Shown here: positions 18,483-27,931 of the stretch, piece after piece | Layout of the letters: every line of letters begins with the position of its first letter | How positions within the stretch are numbered: position 1 is the stretch's first letter | Sequence record: SRR22947727_398 | Reading direction: 5' to 3' (one strand) | DNA length: 64,000 nucleotides | The notes under the pieces: generated by a model | Seen by the model: only the letters and a program-made list of their open reading frames with translations | Told to the model about the DNA's origin: nothing | The model's database searches: none | Translations under genes and position numbers: made by a program

Positions 18483-19715
18483 TTAATATTCTAAAACTTT
18501 TGCAAACTGCAAGAGGTTTTCTCTAGTTGATTCAAATCCACTTTCAATCCAGATTGTCTCTAGAGCGTTAAGCATCAAGCCCATTTGGGGACCAGGTGTA
18601 ATACCTATTGATTTTAAGTCACGGCCTTTTACTGGAAATATTGGAATTTTTATTTTTTGAGAAGATTTTATTAATAATTTTAAATCATGGTATTTATTAT
18701 ACTCATCCTGACTTGTTATATCATAAGTACACCGATCAAAAAAGACTTGATGCCCTTCCTTATAAATAAAATTCATAATATCTATATTAAGCATATCTTT
18801 TTGAATTTCATATTGGCTAGTAGACCACAACTGCAATCTCTTAGTTTCTTTTGAACTCATTCTTAATCGATCACAAAGCGTATTTACTTTTTTAATATCT
18901 CGATGGATGAGAGTCATAATTCTTAATAGTGGGTCAACTGATATAGTATTACTTCTTTCAAGATCCTCTAATTTTTTTAATCCAGAAACTCCTTTTAGCT
19001 CAGGTAAAATGTACTTAAGGACCCCAGTAGATTCCATTAAATAAAGAGCATGAAAAACAGAATTAGCTGAAAGCAAATTTTTCAATTCCATCCATAGTCT
19101 CTCTGGAGATAGACGAGAAAGACCTTCTAAGTTTGCTTTAATAACCGATAAGGTTTCAGGATTAACGCTATCTTTTGTTCCATAACAAGATAAAAATCTG
19201 AAGTAACGAATTATTCGCAAATAGTCTTCCCGTATTCTATTTTCAGGATTACCCACAAAACTAATTTTAACAGGTCTCAGATCTTTCAAACCCTTACCTG
19301 TCGGATCAAAAACCTGACCCTTAAAATTAGCATACAAGGCATTTATAGTAAAATCTCTTCTTTGCGCATCAACTTCCCAATTAGATTTGAAGATAACCTC
19401 AGCATGTCTGCCATCCGTATTAAAATCACTTCTTAAGCTAGTAATTTCGAATGTATTTTTCTCTATTACGGCGGTTATTGTGCCGTGCTTAATACCCGTA
19501 GTTAAATACTTTATTCCAGCATTTTCTAAACATTTTTTAACTTCATTTGGCTTTAATTGAGTTGCTAAATCGATGTCGGAGACTTCAAATCCAAGAAGTG
19601 CGTTTCTTACACAACCGCCAACAAAACGAATTGTCTCTTCAGGAAAAGCTTTGAATAGTTTTTTTACATTCAAGCTATCCATCCAGTGGTGTTCTTCAGG
19701 TTTTAAAAATATCAT
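18483..19715 (-). CDS. cca: CCA tRNA nucleotidyltransferase
   Basis: FVGGCVRNALL, DIDLAT, RRDFTINAL, EDYLRIIRYFRF. Confidence 0.92.
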   Translation of the reverse strand: MIFLKPEEHHWMDSLNVKKLFKAFPEETIRFVGGCVRNALLGFEVSDIDLATQLKPNEVKKCLENAGIKYLTTGIKHGTITAVIEKNTFEITSLRSDFNTDGRHAEVIFKSNWEVDAQRRDFTINALYANFKGQVFDPTGKGLKDLRPVKISFVGNPENRIREDYLRIIRYFRFLSCYGTKDSVNPETLSVIKANLEGLSRLSPERLWMELKNLLSANSVFHALYLMESTGVLKYILPELKGVSGLKKLEDLERSNTISVDPLLRIMTLIHRDIKKVNTLCDRLRMSSKETKRLQLWSTSQYEIQKDMLNIDIMNFIYKEGHQVFFDRCTYDITSQDEYNKYHDLKLLIKSSQKIKIPIFPVKGRDLKSIGITPGPQMGLMLNALETIWIESGFESTRENLLQFAKVLEY

Positions 19716-19769
19716 AATTTTTATATATTTGTGTTTATTTATTAATACCTATTAATTCCATTGATATTA

Positions 19770-20384
19770 TTAATAATCAATTTCGAATACACTTAAAAAA
19801 CTTCTTTGGTACAGTCTATAAATTATCATTGCAGTCATTCCCCAAATATTTCTATAAACACCATCAACAGATTTATAAGGCATATCGTAAATAGTTAAAG
19901 TTTTACCTTTATATTTTACACTTCGGGCAACATGATTGTCTGAGTTCATTAAAAATTCTAACGGTACTTCAAATATGTCATCTACTTCACTAGGTTCAAT
20001 AATAAATTTAGCATTAGGTTCAACAATTCCAACAAACGGTGTTACTCTGTAATTACTCACCGAATCGAAAGAAGGGAGACGACCAATCACAGTAATATTT
20101 CTCGGAAGTAACCCAATTTCTTCTTTCGTTTCTCTCAGAACAGTCTCTAAAGCATTTTCATTATTTTCCCTTTTGCCTCCAGGAAAGGCAATTTGACCAG
20201 GATGTTCAGGCATAGTCTCAGGCCGTTGAGTTAATATAACACATGGCTCTTCTCGCATTACTATAGACAGTAATACAGATGCAATCTTTTGGTACTTCTT
20301 TTTTGCCAAATCTTCACCATTCAAAATCTCAGTCGGCAGAAGCCCAGATTCTATTTTTTCAAGTAATTGTTTAGAGATTTTCAC
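19770..20384 (-). CDS. CoA pyrophosphatase (NudL-like Nudix hydrolase)
   Basis: LTQR..HPGQIAFPGG (NuCoA motif), RETKEEIG, IWGMTA. Confidence 0.9.
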   Translation of the reverse strand: MKISKQLLEKIESGLLPTEILNGEDLAKKKYQKIASVLLSIVMREEPCVILTQRPETMPEHPGQIAFPGGKRENNENALETVLRETKEEIGLLPRNITVIGRLPSFDSVSNYRVTPFVGIVEPNAKFIIEPSEVDDIFEVPLEFLMNSDNHVARSVKYKGKTLTIYDMPYKSVDGVYRNIWGMTAMIIYRLYQRSFLSVFEIDY

Positions 20385-20393
20385 TTATAAGAC

Positions 20394-20984
20394 TTATATC
20401 AAATGCGCATTAATGGGCCCCAAAGGAAAAAAAGAACCACAAGACCACACACCAAGCTGATTGCCATTATCAAACTGAACTTCGGATGCTAGGTCAACTA
20501 AAGCATAAAAAACAGATCTGGATAATAGACCCTCCAAACCACCTCGAACAATAACGTAGGGGCTTGGCTCCATCGTTGATAAGTTAGTTTCAACTCGCAA
20601 TGGATTGGTAGAGCTCAGCTTAATCATTTCACCAAGATTTGTTTTAAAAAATATTTTTTGCCTTTGTTTTTCTACCTCAATACTCATATCTATTATCAAA
20701 AAATGACTACGTTCAACCAATATCTTTATTTTTTCAACAGGTGTTACTAGATATGTTTCACCGTCTGATTCCTTCCTTAATATCGATGCAAAAAGTTTAA
20801 TCAGCTTATGTCTTTTAATTTGTGAACCTTCATGCCACCAAGTACCATCAGATTTAATTATCATGTCCATCTCACCACAATAATCAGGATTCCAACTGTC
20901 AACGGGATAATTTCCATTGTCAGTATCGCTCAAGGCAATCATTAAATCTTGTAAAGATATATTTTGGTTTGAATCTTTTTCCAT
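20394..20984 (-). CDS. DUF1285 family protein
   Basis: PVDSWNPDYCGEMDMIIKSDGTWWHEGS, YLVTPVEK; usual position upstream of the CoA pyrophosphatase. Confidence 0.88.
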   Translation of the reverse strand: MEKDSNQNISLQDLMIALSDTDNGNYPVDSWNPDYCGEMDMIIKSDGTWWHEGSQIKRHKLIKLFASILRKESDGETYLVTPVEKIKILVERSHFLIIDMSIEVEKQRQKIFFKTNLGEMIKLSSTNPLRVETNLSTMEPSPYVIVRGGLEGLLSRSVFYALVDLASEVQFDNGNQLGVWSCGSFFPLGPINAHLI

Positions 20985-21098
20985 GCAAGTTTATACCAAT
21001 CCTATAATAATGATTAACAATATAACCATTACCTTTATGGTCAATATAATATAGATTTTATTCAATGTAATTTATTACGAATAAAAAAGGATTTTGAT

Positions 21099-21665
21099 GT
21101 GATAAAAAAATTTAAAATAATAATCATTATTTTGACTGCTATATTCATTTATAGCAATAATTATGCAGAGAGCCCAATTGAGGACCCTAACGCAACAATC
21201 GAACTACCCAATAAAAAACTTACAAAAAAGGGAATGCGTATAAATGGACCTGTAACATCAGTATCTGCTGGTGCTTTATTACTAGCAAGCTTTGATAAAA
21301 ATTATAATTTCCAAATTGACTTTAAAGAATTTAATAATGCAAAAAAATATATATTTAATAGTGCAGATGTTGATAAATCGGGGGTAATTAGTCCATTTGA
21401 ACTCGAAGACTGGAGGAAATCAGCACTCGGTTCTTTAGATGCACCTCCTGGAAATTTAGCATTTGATAGAGACTATGACCAACGAGTTACCAAAAATGAA
21501 TTTAACAAAGCTCTAGTTTCTATTTTCAACTCAGGCGATAAAAATAATGATGGTGTACTAAAATTTAGCGAACTAGTTAATGTTTTCGAAATATCTAACC
21601 GCAACGTAACTATTAGTAACAATGAAGATGAAGTTCAGAATAAGATAAAATTAAAAAACAAATAA
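21099..21665 (+). CDS. secreted EF-hand calcium-binding protein
   Basis: Signal-like N-terminus and four EF-loop-like segments: DKNYNFQIDFKE, DVDKSGVISPFE, DRDYDQRVTKNE, DKNNDGVLKFSE. Confidence 0.8.
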   Translation: MIKKFKIIIIILTAIFIYSNNYAESPIEDPNATIELPNKKLTKKGMRINGPVTSVSAGALLLASFDKNYNFQIDFKEFNNAKKYIFNSADVDKSGVISPFELEDWRKSALGSLDAPPGNLAFDRDYDQRVTKNEFNKALVSIFNSGDKNNDGVLKFSELVNVFEISNRNVTISNNEDEVQNKIKLKNK

Positions 21666-21730
21666 ATATAATTATTAATCTTTCCTTACGAAATTCATAT
21701 TAATCATAAATTTGATATTAGGATAAGTTT

Positions 21731-22234
21731 ATGATTAATTCAAAAGTACTCATTAGTTTTATCATTTATATGATTTTAATGGGGTGCCAGGTACTCGAAG
21801 GTGGTAAAAAAGCTGCAAAAATACCTTTTCAAGGAGTCTATAAAACTGGCCAGATAACTGGGAAAACACTCTATAAAACCGGTGAAATAACAGGGAAAAC
21901 AGTTTACAAAACAGGTGAAGTTGCAGGAAAATCTGTATACTATAGTGGGAAATATACTGCAAAAGGTGTTTACAAAGCAGGAAAGTTTACCGGTAACAGG
22001 GTTTTAGATACTGGTAAAGGTGTATATTTTATAGGTTCTATACCAGTAAAAATTACAAATGAGGCACTTGATACTTCAGTAAAAGTTCTAACAGTAACTA
22101 CAAAAACAGTAGGATTAGGCGGAAAAGTCATCACGACAACAAGAAAAATTCAAGCAAATGAATTAGAAGCTGAGTTAATGGCAATTCGTGGTGCAAGTAA
22201 TGTGCTAAATGTATTAGTAAAAGCCGCGATGTAA
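21731..22234 (+). CDS. putative lipoprotein with tandem 11-residue repeats
   Basis: Lipobox LMGC (Cys19); repeats VYKTGQITGKT / LYKTGEITGKT / VYKTGEVAGKS / VYYSGKYTAKG / VYKAGKFTGNR. Confidence 0.75.
   Translation: MINSKVLISFIIYMILMGCQVLEGGKKAAKIPFQGVYKTGQITGKTLYKTGEITGKTVYKTGEVAGKSVYYSGKYTAKGVYKAGKFTGNRVLDTGKGVYFIGSIPVKITNEALDTSVKVLTVTTKTVGLGGKVITTTRKIQANELEAELMAIRGASNVLNVLVKAAM
21836..22000 (+). repeat. degenerate 33-bp in-frame tandem repeat (about 5 units)
   Basis: TAYAAAACNGG recurs at 33-nt spacing in the first three units, and the 11-aa period continues in two further degenerate units. Confidence 0.8.
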
Positions 22235-22312
22235 TATATCATAAAATAAGTAATTAAAAAAATTATATTTAATTACAAACCATATCATGATAGACATTTA
22301 TATGGAGGCATT

Positions 22313-22918
22313 ATGCGAATAATATTAGTTTCTATAATTACAACAATTTCATTAATTTGTTATACTTCAGGTTATGCGGCGAATAAAAAATTTTTTAACA
22401 CAATTAACACTTCAGTCACATTTCCTATTAAATTAGATATAAACTTGAGTGACGACATGCTTCATCGAGCAGAGAACCTTCCTAAAAGATTAAAAGATAG
22501 AAACGGATCTAAGTTAAACTCAGGGTTTTCAGGTAATGGTTTTTATGGTGATAAGGAATTAAAAAAGCTTATTTCGAAGTTAGAAATAAGTATAAAAAAT
22601 CAATTTAAAAAATTTAATATTGAAATTTCTGAAGATGCAGAAACTATTCTTAGCGTTACACTAGTTGATGCTAAACCAAACCGTCCTACCTTCAGGCAGT
22701 TAGCTAAAGAACCAAGCTTATCATATCAGAGCTTTGCAACTGGCGGTGCCAAAATACAGGCAGAGTTGTTATCCCCTAGCGGCAAAGTAATCGGAAAATT
22801 TATATATGAGAACTATGAAACTGATATAAAAAATTCACGTTATGGCAGCACTTGGAAAGACTCCAAAAGAGCATTTTATTGGTTTGCGATGAAGTCTGCA
22901 AAAGCTTTAAAGCAATAA
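22313..22918 (+). CDS. secreted hypothetical protein
   Basis: GGAGG RBS, signal peptide, 201-aa ORF containing DAKPNRPT..LSYQSFATGGA; function unknown. Confidence 0.7.
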   Translation: MRIILVSIITTISLICYTSGYAANKKFFNTINTSVTFPIKLDINLSDDMLHRAENLPKRLKDRNGSKLNSGFSGNGFYGDKELKKLISKLEISIKNQFKKFNIEISEDAETILSVTLVDAKPNRPTFRQLAKEPSLSYQSFATGGAKIQAELLSPSGKVIGKFIYENYETDIKNSRYGSTWKDSKRAFYWFAMKSAKALKQ

Positions 22919-22921
22919 AGC

Positions 22922-23563
22922 TTACATAATACCAAGATATTTATGTGTTTGTATACTTAGACGCCACTTAGGGTTTTCTAAACAAAATTTTATCACGGCT
23001 TTCTCATGAGAAAGATTTCCTTTTCCGAGATAAGAATCATCCCTAGGTTGAAGACAGAAAAAATCAAAGTCCATATTTTCATATTTACTAGGTTCATTTT
23101 CTTTCTGAGGGTAGACTAGCTTTAGTTCATTTCCAAAAGTTTGTTTTATTTCTGTATTAGCCTTTGGCGAAACACAAATCCAATCTATTCCCTTGGGGGC
23201 TTTTATTGTACCATTAGTTTCTACAGCGATCTTAAAGTTCTTCGAGTGCAGCGCTTCAATTAGGGCGTTATCTAACTGTAAAAGAGGTTCGCCTCCAGTG
23301 CAAACAACCCATCTTTGACTACGTTTTAGTCCTATTTTCTCAACAACTTCTGCTAGTTCATCAGCAGTATTAAACTTGCCACCATTAACTCCATTTATAC
23401 CTATAAAATCTGTATCACAAAACTTGCAGATAGCTCCTTTTCTATCGACTTCCCTTCCACTCCACAGGTTGCATCCACTAAACCGTAAAAATACAGCTGG
23501 GACACCTGCTTGGACGCCCTCGCCTTGAATTGTTAAATATATTTCTTTTACAGAATATGTCAT
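22922..23563 (-). CDS. queE: 7-carboxy-7-deazaguanine synthase (radical SAM, Cx14CxxC type)
   Basis: TIQGEG, CNLWSGREVDRKGAICKFCDTDF, TGGEPLLQ, ETNGT, SPK, QTHKY; start overlaps the queC stop (ATGA). Confidence 0.95.
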   Translation of the reverse strand: MTYSVKEIYLTIQGEGVQAGVPAVFLRFSGCNLWSGREVDRKGAICKFCDTDFIGINGVNGGKFNTADELAEVVEKIGLKRSQRWVVCTGGEPLLQLDNALIEALHSKNFKIAVETNGTIKAPKGIDWICVSPKANTEIKQTFGNELKLVYPQKENEPSKYENMDFDFFCLQPRDDSYLGKGNLSHEKAVIKFCLENPKWRLSIQTHKYLGIM

Positions 23564-24258
23564 GATGCGTAATTCAGCCAACCCTTAGATCTTAAATCAC
23601 AAGCCGGACACGCATTACATCCATATCCCCATTCATACCTAGTCGTGCGGTGGCCTTTATAACACGAATGGCTATCTTCAACTATAATATCAATTAATTT
23701 TTTTCCGCCAAGTTCTTCAGCTAGATTCCAAGCCTCTGATTTTGACATGTGCATTAACGGAGTTTCTAAAATAAACTCTTTATCCAACCCCAATGATATT
23801 GCTTTTATTTGAGCATCAAGTGTTTCTTTTCTGCAATCAGGGTAGCCAGAAAAGTCCGATTCACACATACCGCCAATAAGTGTGTTTATTCCTCTCCTAT
23901 AAGCGATAGCTGCTGCAAAATTCATAAAAATTAAGTTTCTGCCAGGCACAAACGTTGAAGGCAATCCTTCTTCGTTTAATGTAATTTCCATATTGCGTGT
24001 TAAAGATGTATTACTAATTTTTCCTAAAGAATTTAGATCTACAATATGATCATCGAAAATTTTTTTATTCCACTCTGGAAAACTTGAGCGAACTTTACGC
24101 AGTACTGTTTTACGACACTCCATCTCAACTAAGTGTCTTTGATCATAATTAAAGCCTACAGTTTCAATATAATCATACTTATCAATTGCCCACGCAAGAC
24201 AAGTGGCTGAGTCTTGTCCCCCTGAGAACATAATCAAAGCTTTAGTTCCATATTTCAT
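23560..24258 (-). CDS. queC: 7-cyano-7-deazaguanine synthase
   Basis: FSGGQDSATCL, TFVPGRN, YPDCR, SCY..GCNACPAC. Confidence 0.96.
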   Translation of the reverse strand: MKYGTKALIMFSGGQDSATCLAWAIDKYDYIETVGFNYDQRHLVEMECRKTVLRKVRSSFPEWNKKIFDDHIVDLNSLGKISNTSLTRNMEITLNEEGLPSTFVPGRNLIFMNFAAAIAYRRGINTLIGGMCESDFSGYPDCRKETLDAQIKAISLGLDKEFILETPLMHMSKSEAWNLAEELGGKKLIDIIVEDSHSCYKGHRTTRYEWGYGCNACPACDLRSKGWLNYAS

Positions 24259-24394
24259 AATTGGGCATATACCGATTAAAGTTTACTCTGACCAGTACCC
24301 TAATACTCCCTTTTGAAACTATTTTTATCACTTCTGTAAATAGAATAAATTAAGAACTGCTTTCATAAAGTTGTCTTAGAGTTTATGATAAAAT

Positions 24395-26266
24395 ATGAGT
24401 TCAAATAATAGCAATATAAATGCAACATTAGAAAATGATGTTAATAAACGTGATAAAGCAAAAAATGTTAAACCATTAAGACAGCTTTGGCCATTTATTA
24501 TCAATTACCCAATTATAATTTTGAATTTTTTATTATTTTTAATTCTAGCTGCGGCTTTAAACCTAGGTATTACGGAGGCATTCCGTGTAATAGTGGATTG
24601 TGGATTTAATGAAGAAAAATTAATACCAAAAAGTTGTTCCCGTTACGCCATGGGCGATATTAATAATTTAGGTTCATACTTTAAATTTGGAATGATTATC
24701 GGCTTAGGTTTAGCCATATTTAGTGCATTAAGGTTTTACTTTATAAGTATATTAGGTCAAAGAGTTATAGCCGATATACGAAAAAGTATTTATGCAAAAT
24801 TAACTACTCTCTCTTCTGAATACTTTGAACGTGTACATACTGGAGAAGTATTATCCAGACTAACTACTGATACAACTTTAATTGAAACAGTAATTGGTTC
24901 ATCAATTTCATTTGCAATAAGGTCTATCGCCGTATCAATTGGAGCATTGATATGGATGTTTTTTATTAGCTGGAAGCTAACACTAATGGTAGCTGCAATT
25001 GGCCCTATTATAATAATTCCTGCACTTATAATAGGTCGAAAAATTCGTACTCTTTCGATCGAAAGTCAAGATAACTTAGCACAAGCCTCTGCAAGAGCAG
25101 GAGAAAGTATAAGTTCAATTCAAACAGTACAAGCATTTACACGTGAGAAAAAAGAAATATCTGATTTTAATAATTCAGTCGAAAGCACATTTAATGCGCA
25201 TAAGAAGAGAATATTTGTAAGAAGCTTTATGACCTTTATAATATTTGGACTTGGAATTATAAGCATTATAGGGGTTATGTGGTTTGGAGCTAATGTTGCA
25301 GTTAATTCAGAGCTAATAGATGGAAAGCCTAGTTTATCAGGCGGCCAGATAACTCAGTTTATTTTTCTAGCATTTATGGTAGTATCAAGTTCAGGTTTTT
25401 TAACAAGCACCTGGACGGAGCTTCTAAGAGCATCGGGAGCAACTCAAAGGATCATGGAACTTCTTAAAGAAGACCCAGTTATTAAAAGCCCTTTAAACCC
25501 AAAAGCCATTTCTGTTCTAAAGGGTAATATCGAATTTAATAATGTATCATTTAGCTATCCATCACGTTTAAATGATAAAGCTCTTGATGGTATAAATTTA
25601 TCAATAAAGTCTGGTGAAGTAGTTGCTTTTGTAGGGCCATCAGGTGCAGGTAAAACAACCATATTTAAGTTATTATTGAGGTTTTATGATATACAATCTG
25701 GAAGCATAACAATTGATGGAAACCCCATTAAGCTCTTGCGAACTAAAGATTTAAGAAAGCAATTTTCTATTGTGCAACAAGGTAGTCCATTATTTTCAGG
25801 CTCAGCAATGGACAATATAACCTACGGCCGTGAGGGCGCAAGTATTGAAGAAGCGTATAAAGCCAGCAAAATGGCATTTGCTGATGAATTTATTAAAAAA
25901 TTACCCAAAGGGTACAATACTGACCTTGGAGAAGCTGCTGAAACACTTTCTGGAGGACAAAAGCAAAGAATAGCAATAGCTCGTACAATTTTAAGAGATG
26001 CGCCAATACTTCTTCTAGACGAAGCTACAAGTTCTTTGGATTCAGACAGTGAAAAAGAAATTCAGAAAGCAATTGAGACAATGACGCAATCCAAAACGAC
26101 GCTAATAATAGCTCACCGCTTATCAACTGTACTCAAAGCCGACAAAATTGTGGTCTTGGATCATGGAAAAATTATTGAAATAGGTACACACAAAGACCTA
26201 TTGGAAAATAAAAGGTTATATTCTCGTTTATCAAAACATCAATTTAATGATTCAGAAATCCTGTAA
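24395..26266 (+). CDS. ABC exporter, fused TMD-ATPase (MsbA/ABCB-like)
   Basis: Multi-TM domain plus Walker A GPSGAGKT, LSGGQKQR and LLLDEATS. Confidence 0.92.
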   Translation: MSSNNSNINATLENDVNKRDKAKNVKPLRQLWPFIINYPIIILNFLLFLILAAALNLGITEAFRVIVDCGFNEEKLIPKSCSRYAMGDINNLGSYFKFGMIIGLGLAIFSALRFYFISILGQRVIADIRKSIYAKLTTLSSEYFERVHTGEVLSRLTTDTTLIETVIGSSISFAIRSIAVSIGALIWMFFISWKLTLMVAAIGPIIIIPALIIGRKIRTLSIESQDNLAQASARAGESISSIQTVQAFTREKKEISDFNNSVESTFNAHKKRIFVRSFMTFIIFGLGIISIIGVMWFGANVAVNSELIDGKPSLSGGQITQFIFLAFMVVSSSGFLTSTWTELLRASGATQRIMELLKEDPVIKSPLNPKAISVLKGNIEFNNVSFSYPSRLNDKALDGINLSIKSGEVVAFVGPSGAGKTTIFKLLLRFYDIQSGSITIDGNPIKLLRTKDLRKQFSIVQQGSPLFSGSAMDNITYGREGASIEEAYKASKMAFADEFIKKLPKGYNTDLGEAAETLSGGQKQRIAIARTILRDAPILLLDEATSSLDSDSEKEIQKAIETMTQSKTTLIIAHRLSTVLKADKIVVLDHGKIIEIGTHKDLLENKRLYSRLSKHQFNDSEIL

Positions 26267-26868
26267 TGTATTTCATTACGCCTTAGCATAGGTGGAATGA
26301 ATGGGGCATCGTAAAAAGCGTACTCAGGTTCTCCGTTGGTATTAATTTTTTTAGACAACACATAATTATCTAATTTAGTTTGATGTTTTTTTAGATTTCT
26401 TATTGTCGCACGACCAGAAAACCTGATGCTGACTGTGGAATAAGGCTCTGTTTCTATAATCCTTATATCTTTATCAGTGGGTATTGGTAAATTTTGTCTA
26501 TTATATTTATTAGGCATCATGAAATTTACAACCCATTTACCTTCCATCTCCTGCTTTTGGAGAACTGGAGCAGTCATGGCTATTTTTTCACTAATTTTTT
26601 TTTGTCCTACTGGCGATGTCATGGAAATTCTTTTTGATGAAATATTATCTCCAAATATATAGGCGGCTAATTTTCTGAACCCTAGAGTACCTGTTTCATC
26701 TCTATTTCCATTGACTGTAACCTCAGCAATCAACATTGATGGATAATTCCTGACCTCATAATTGTTATCTACCATCTGTACGGTGTAGTCTGGAGTTTCA
26801 ATTGCCATAGCGATTTGAGATATATTTAGTAAAAAGAATGAAGTTATAAATATTATAATTTTATACAT
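26239..26868 (-). CDS. SOUL family heme-binding protein
   Basis: ETPDYTV, YEVRNY, GFRKLAAYIFG, IAMTAPV, FMMP, YDAPF..RRNEI. Confidence 0.9.
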   Translation of the reverse strand: MYKIIIFITSFFLLNISQIAMAIETPDYTVQMVDNNYEVRNYPSMLIAEVTVNGNRDETGTLGFRKLAAYIFGDNISSKRISMTSPVGQKKISEKIAMTAPVLQKQEMEGKWVVNFMMPNKYNRQNLPIPTDKDIRIIETEPYSTVSIRFSGRATIRNLKKHQTKLDNYVLSKKINTNGEPEYAFYDAPFIPPMLRRNEIHYRISESLN

Positions 26869-26971
26869 TATTTGCCTCTTTCTTGATTACGTATGTATCA
26901 ATCAATTAGGTTTATAAATCTTAAATATAAATTATCGCTCAAGAAGAATATGATAAATATAGGGATTACAT

Positions 26972-27931
26972 TTACCTATTAGTTAAAACCATAGCAGCTG
27001 CACCATATAAAGCTACAAAATGAGCTTTAATTATACGTACAGGAATATCTTGCATAAACCATGTACCATGGCCTCTAGATTGAAATCTCTCGACAAAATT
27101 TGACTCAGAAATAAATGAAGAAATATGACGCGTTACTCCGCCAGCTAAAACAACGCCCCCAGTTGCCCCAGTTGTAAAAGCTACATTACCAGCAAAAGTT
27201 GCTAAGGCATTACAAAATATTATGACTGATTGCCTTGCTATTGAGTTAGGATTTGCTTCTGCTGCTGCCACTATTTCATTTTCTCGTGTGCAAACGGTAG
27301 GCTTGCCCAATATGCTGCAAAGGCCCGAATACACACGGAAAAGACCGGGACCAGAAATTAATGTTTCAGATGAAACATAACCAATTTTTTTTTGCCAATA
27401 GTTTAAAATTGAAATCTCTATTTCACTTTGAGGGGAAAAACTTGAGTGGCCACCTTCAGTTGAAATAATTCTTGGGGGTCTACCTGGTAATATACATGAA
27501 ACTCCAAGGCCAGTTCCAGGACCCAGCACTGCAACAGGTTTATTATAATTTACTTTTCCAGAAATTAATATTTCAAACCCATCATCGGGTATTACTGTCG
27601 CACCATTTGCCATTGCAACAAAGTCGTTAAGAACTACCGCTTTTCTGAATCCAAATTCATTAATCAAATCATTCTCAGAAACTATCCAATCCACATTCGT
27701 CATTCGAATTTCATTATCAAATTTTGGGCCAGCAAAAGCGAAAGCAGCCTGTTTTGGTTTGACTTTTTTTGAAATTAGATATTCACGAACGACATCGTGA
27801 AAATGCTGATAATGTTTTACTGAAAACCGCTCAGAGTGATGAAGCTCAATAGTTCCCAAAGCTGTTCTTTCAGCTAAAGCTAACCTACAATTAGTACCCC
27901 CTACATCTCCAACTAAAATTGAAGAGGGCAT
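26972..27931 (-). CDS. glk: glucokinase
   Basis: GDVGGTNCRLA, AGP, NDF, GPGTGLG, EGGH; last gene of zwf-pgl-edd-glk. Confidence 0.92.
   Translation of the reverse strand: MPSSILVGDVGGTNCRLALAERTALGTIELHHSERFSVKHYQHFHDVVREYLISKKVKPKQAAFAFAGPKFDNEIRMTNVDWIVSENDLINEFGFRKAVVLNDFVAMANGATVIPDDGFEILISGKVNYNKPVAVLGPGTGLGVSCILPGRPPRIISTEGGHSSFSPQSEIEISILNYWQKKIGYVSSETLISGPGLFRVYSGLCSILGKPTVCTRENEIVAAAEANPNSIARQSVIIFCNALATFAGNVAFTTGATGGVVLAGGVTRHISSFISESNFVERFQSRGHGTWFMQDIPVRIIKAHFVALYGAAAMVLTNR

Noticed and set aside
21836-22000. 33-bp periodic repeat as a possible CRISPR array
   Set aside because: The units are contiguous, in frame and vary at synonymous positions. There are no unique spacers and no cas genes.
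24259-24394. Possible preQ1 riboswitch upstream of queC
   Set aside because: I could not find the preQ1-I stem-loop with its A-rich tail on the minus strand. An Rfam search would be needed to exclude variants.
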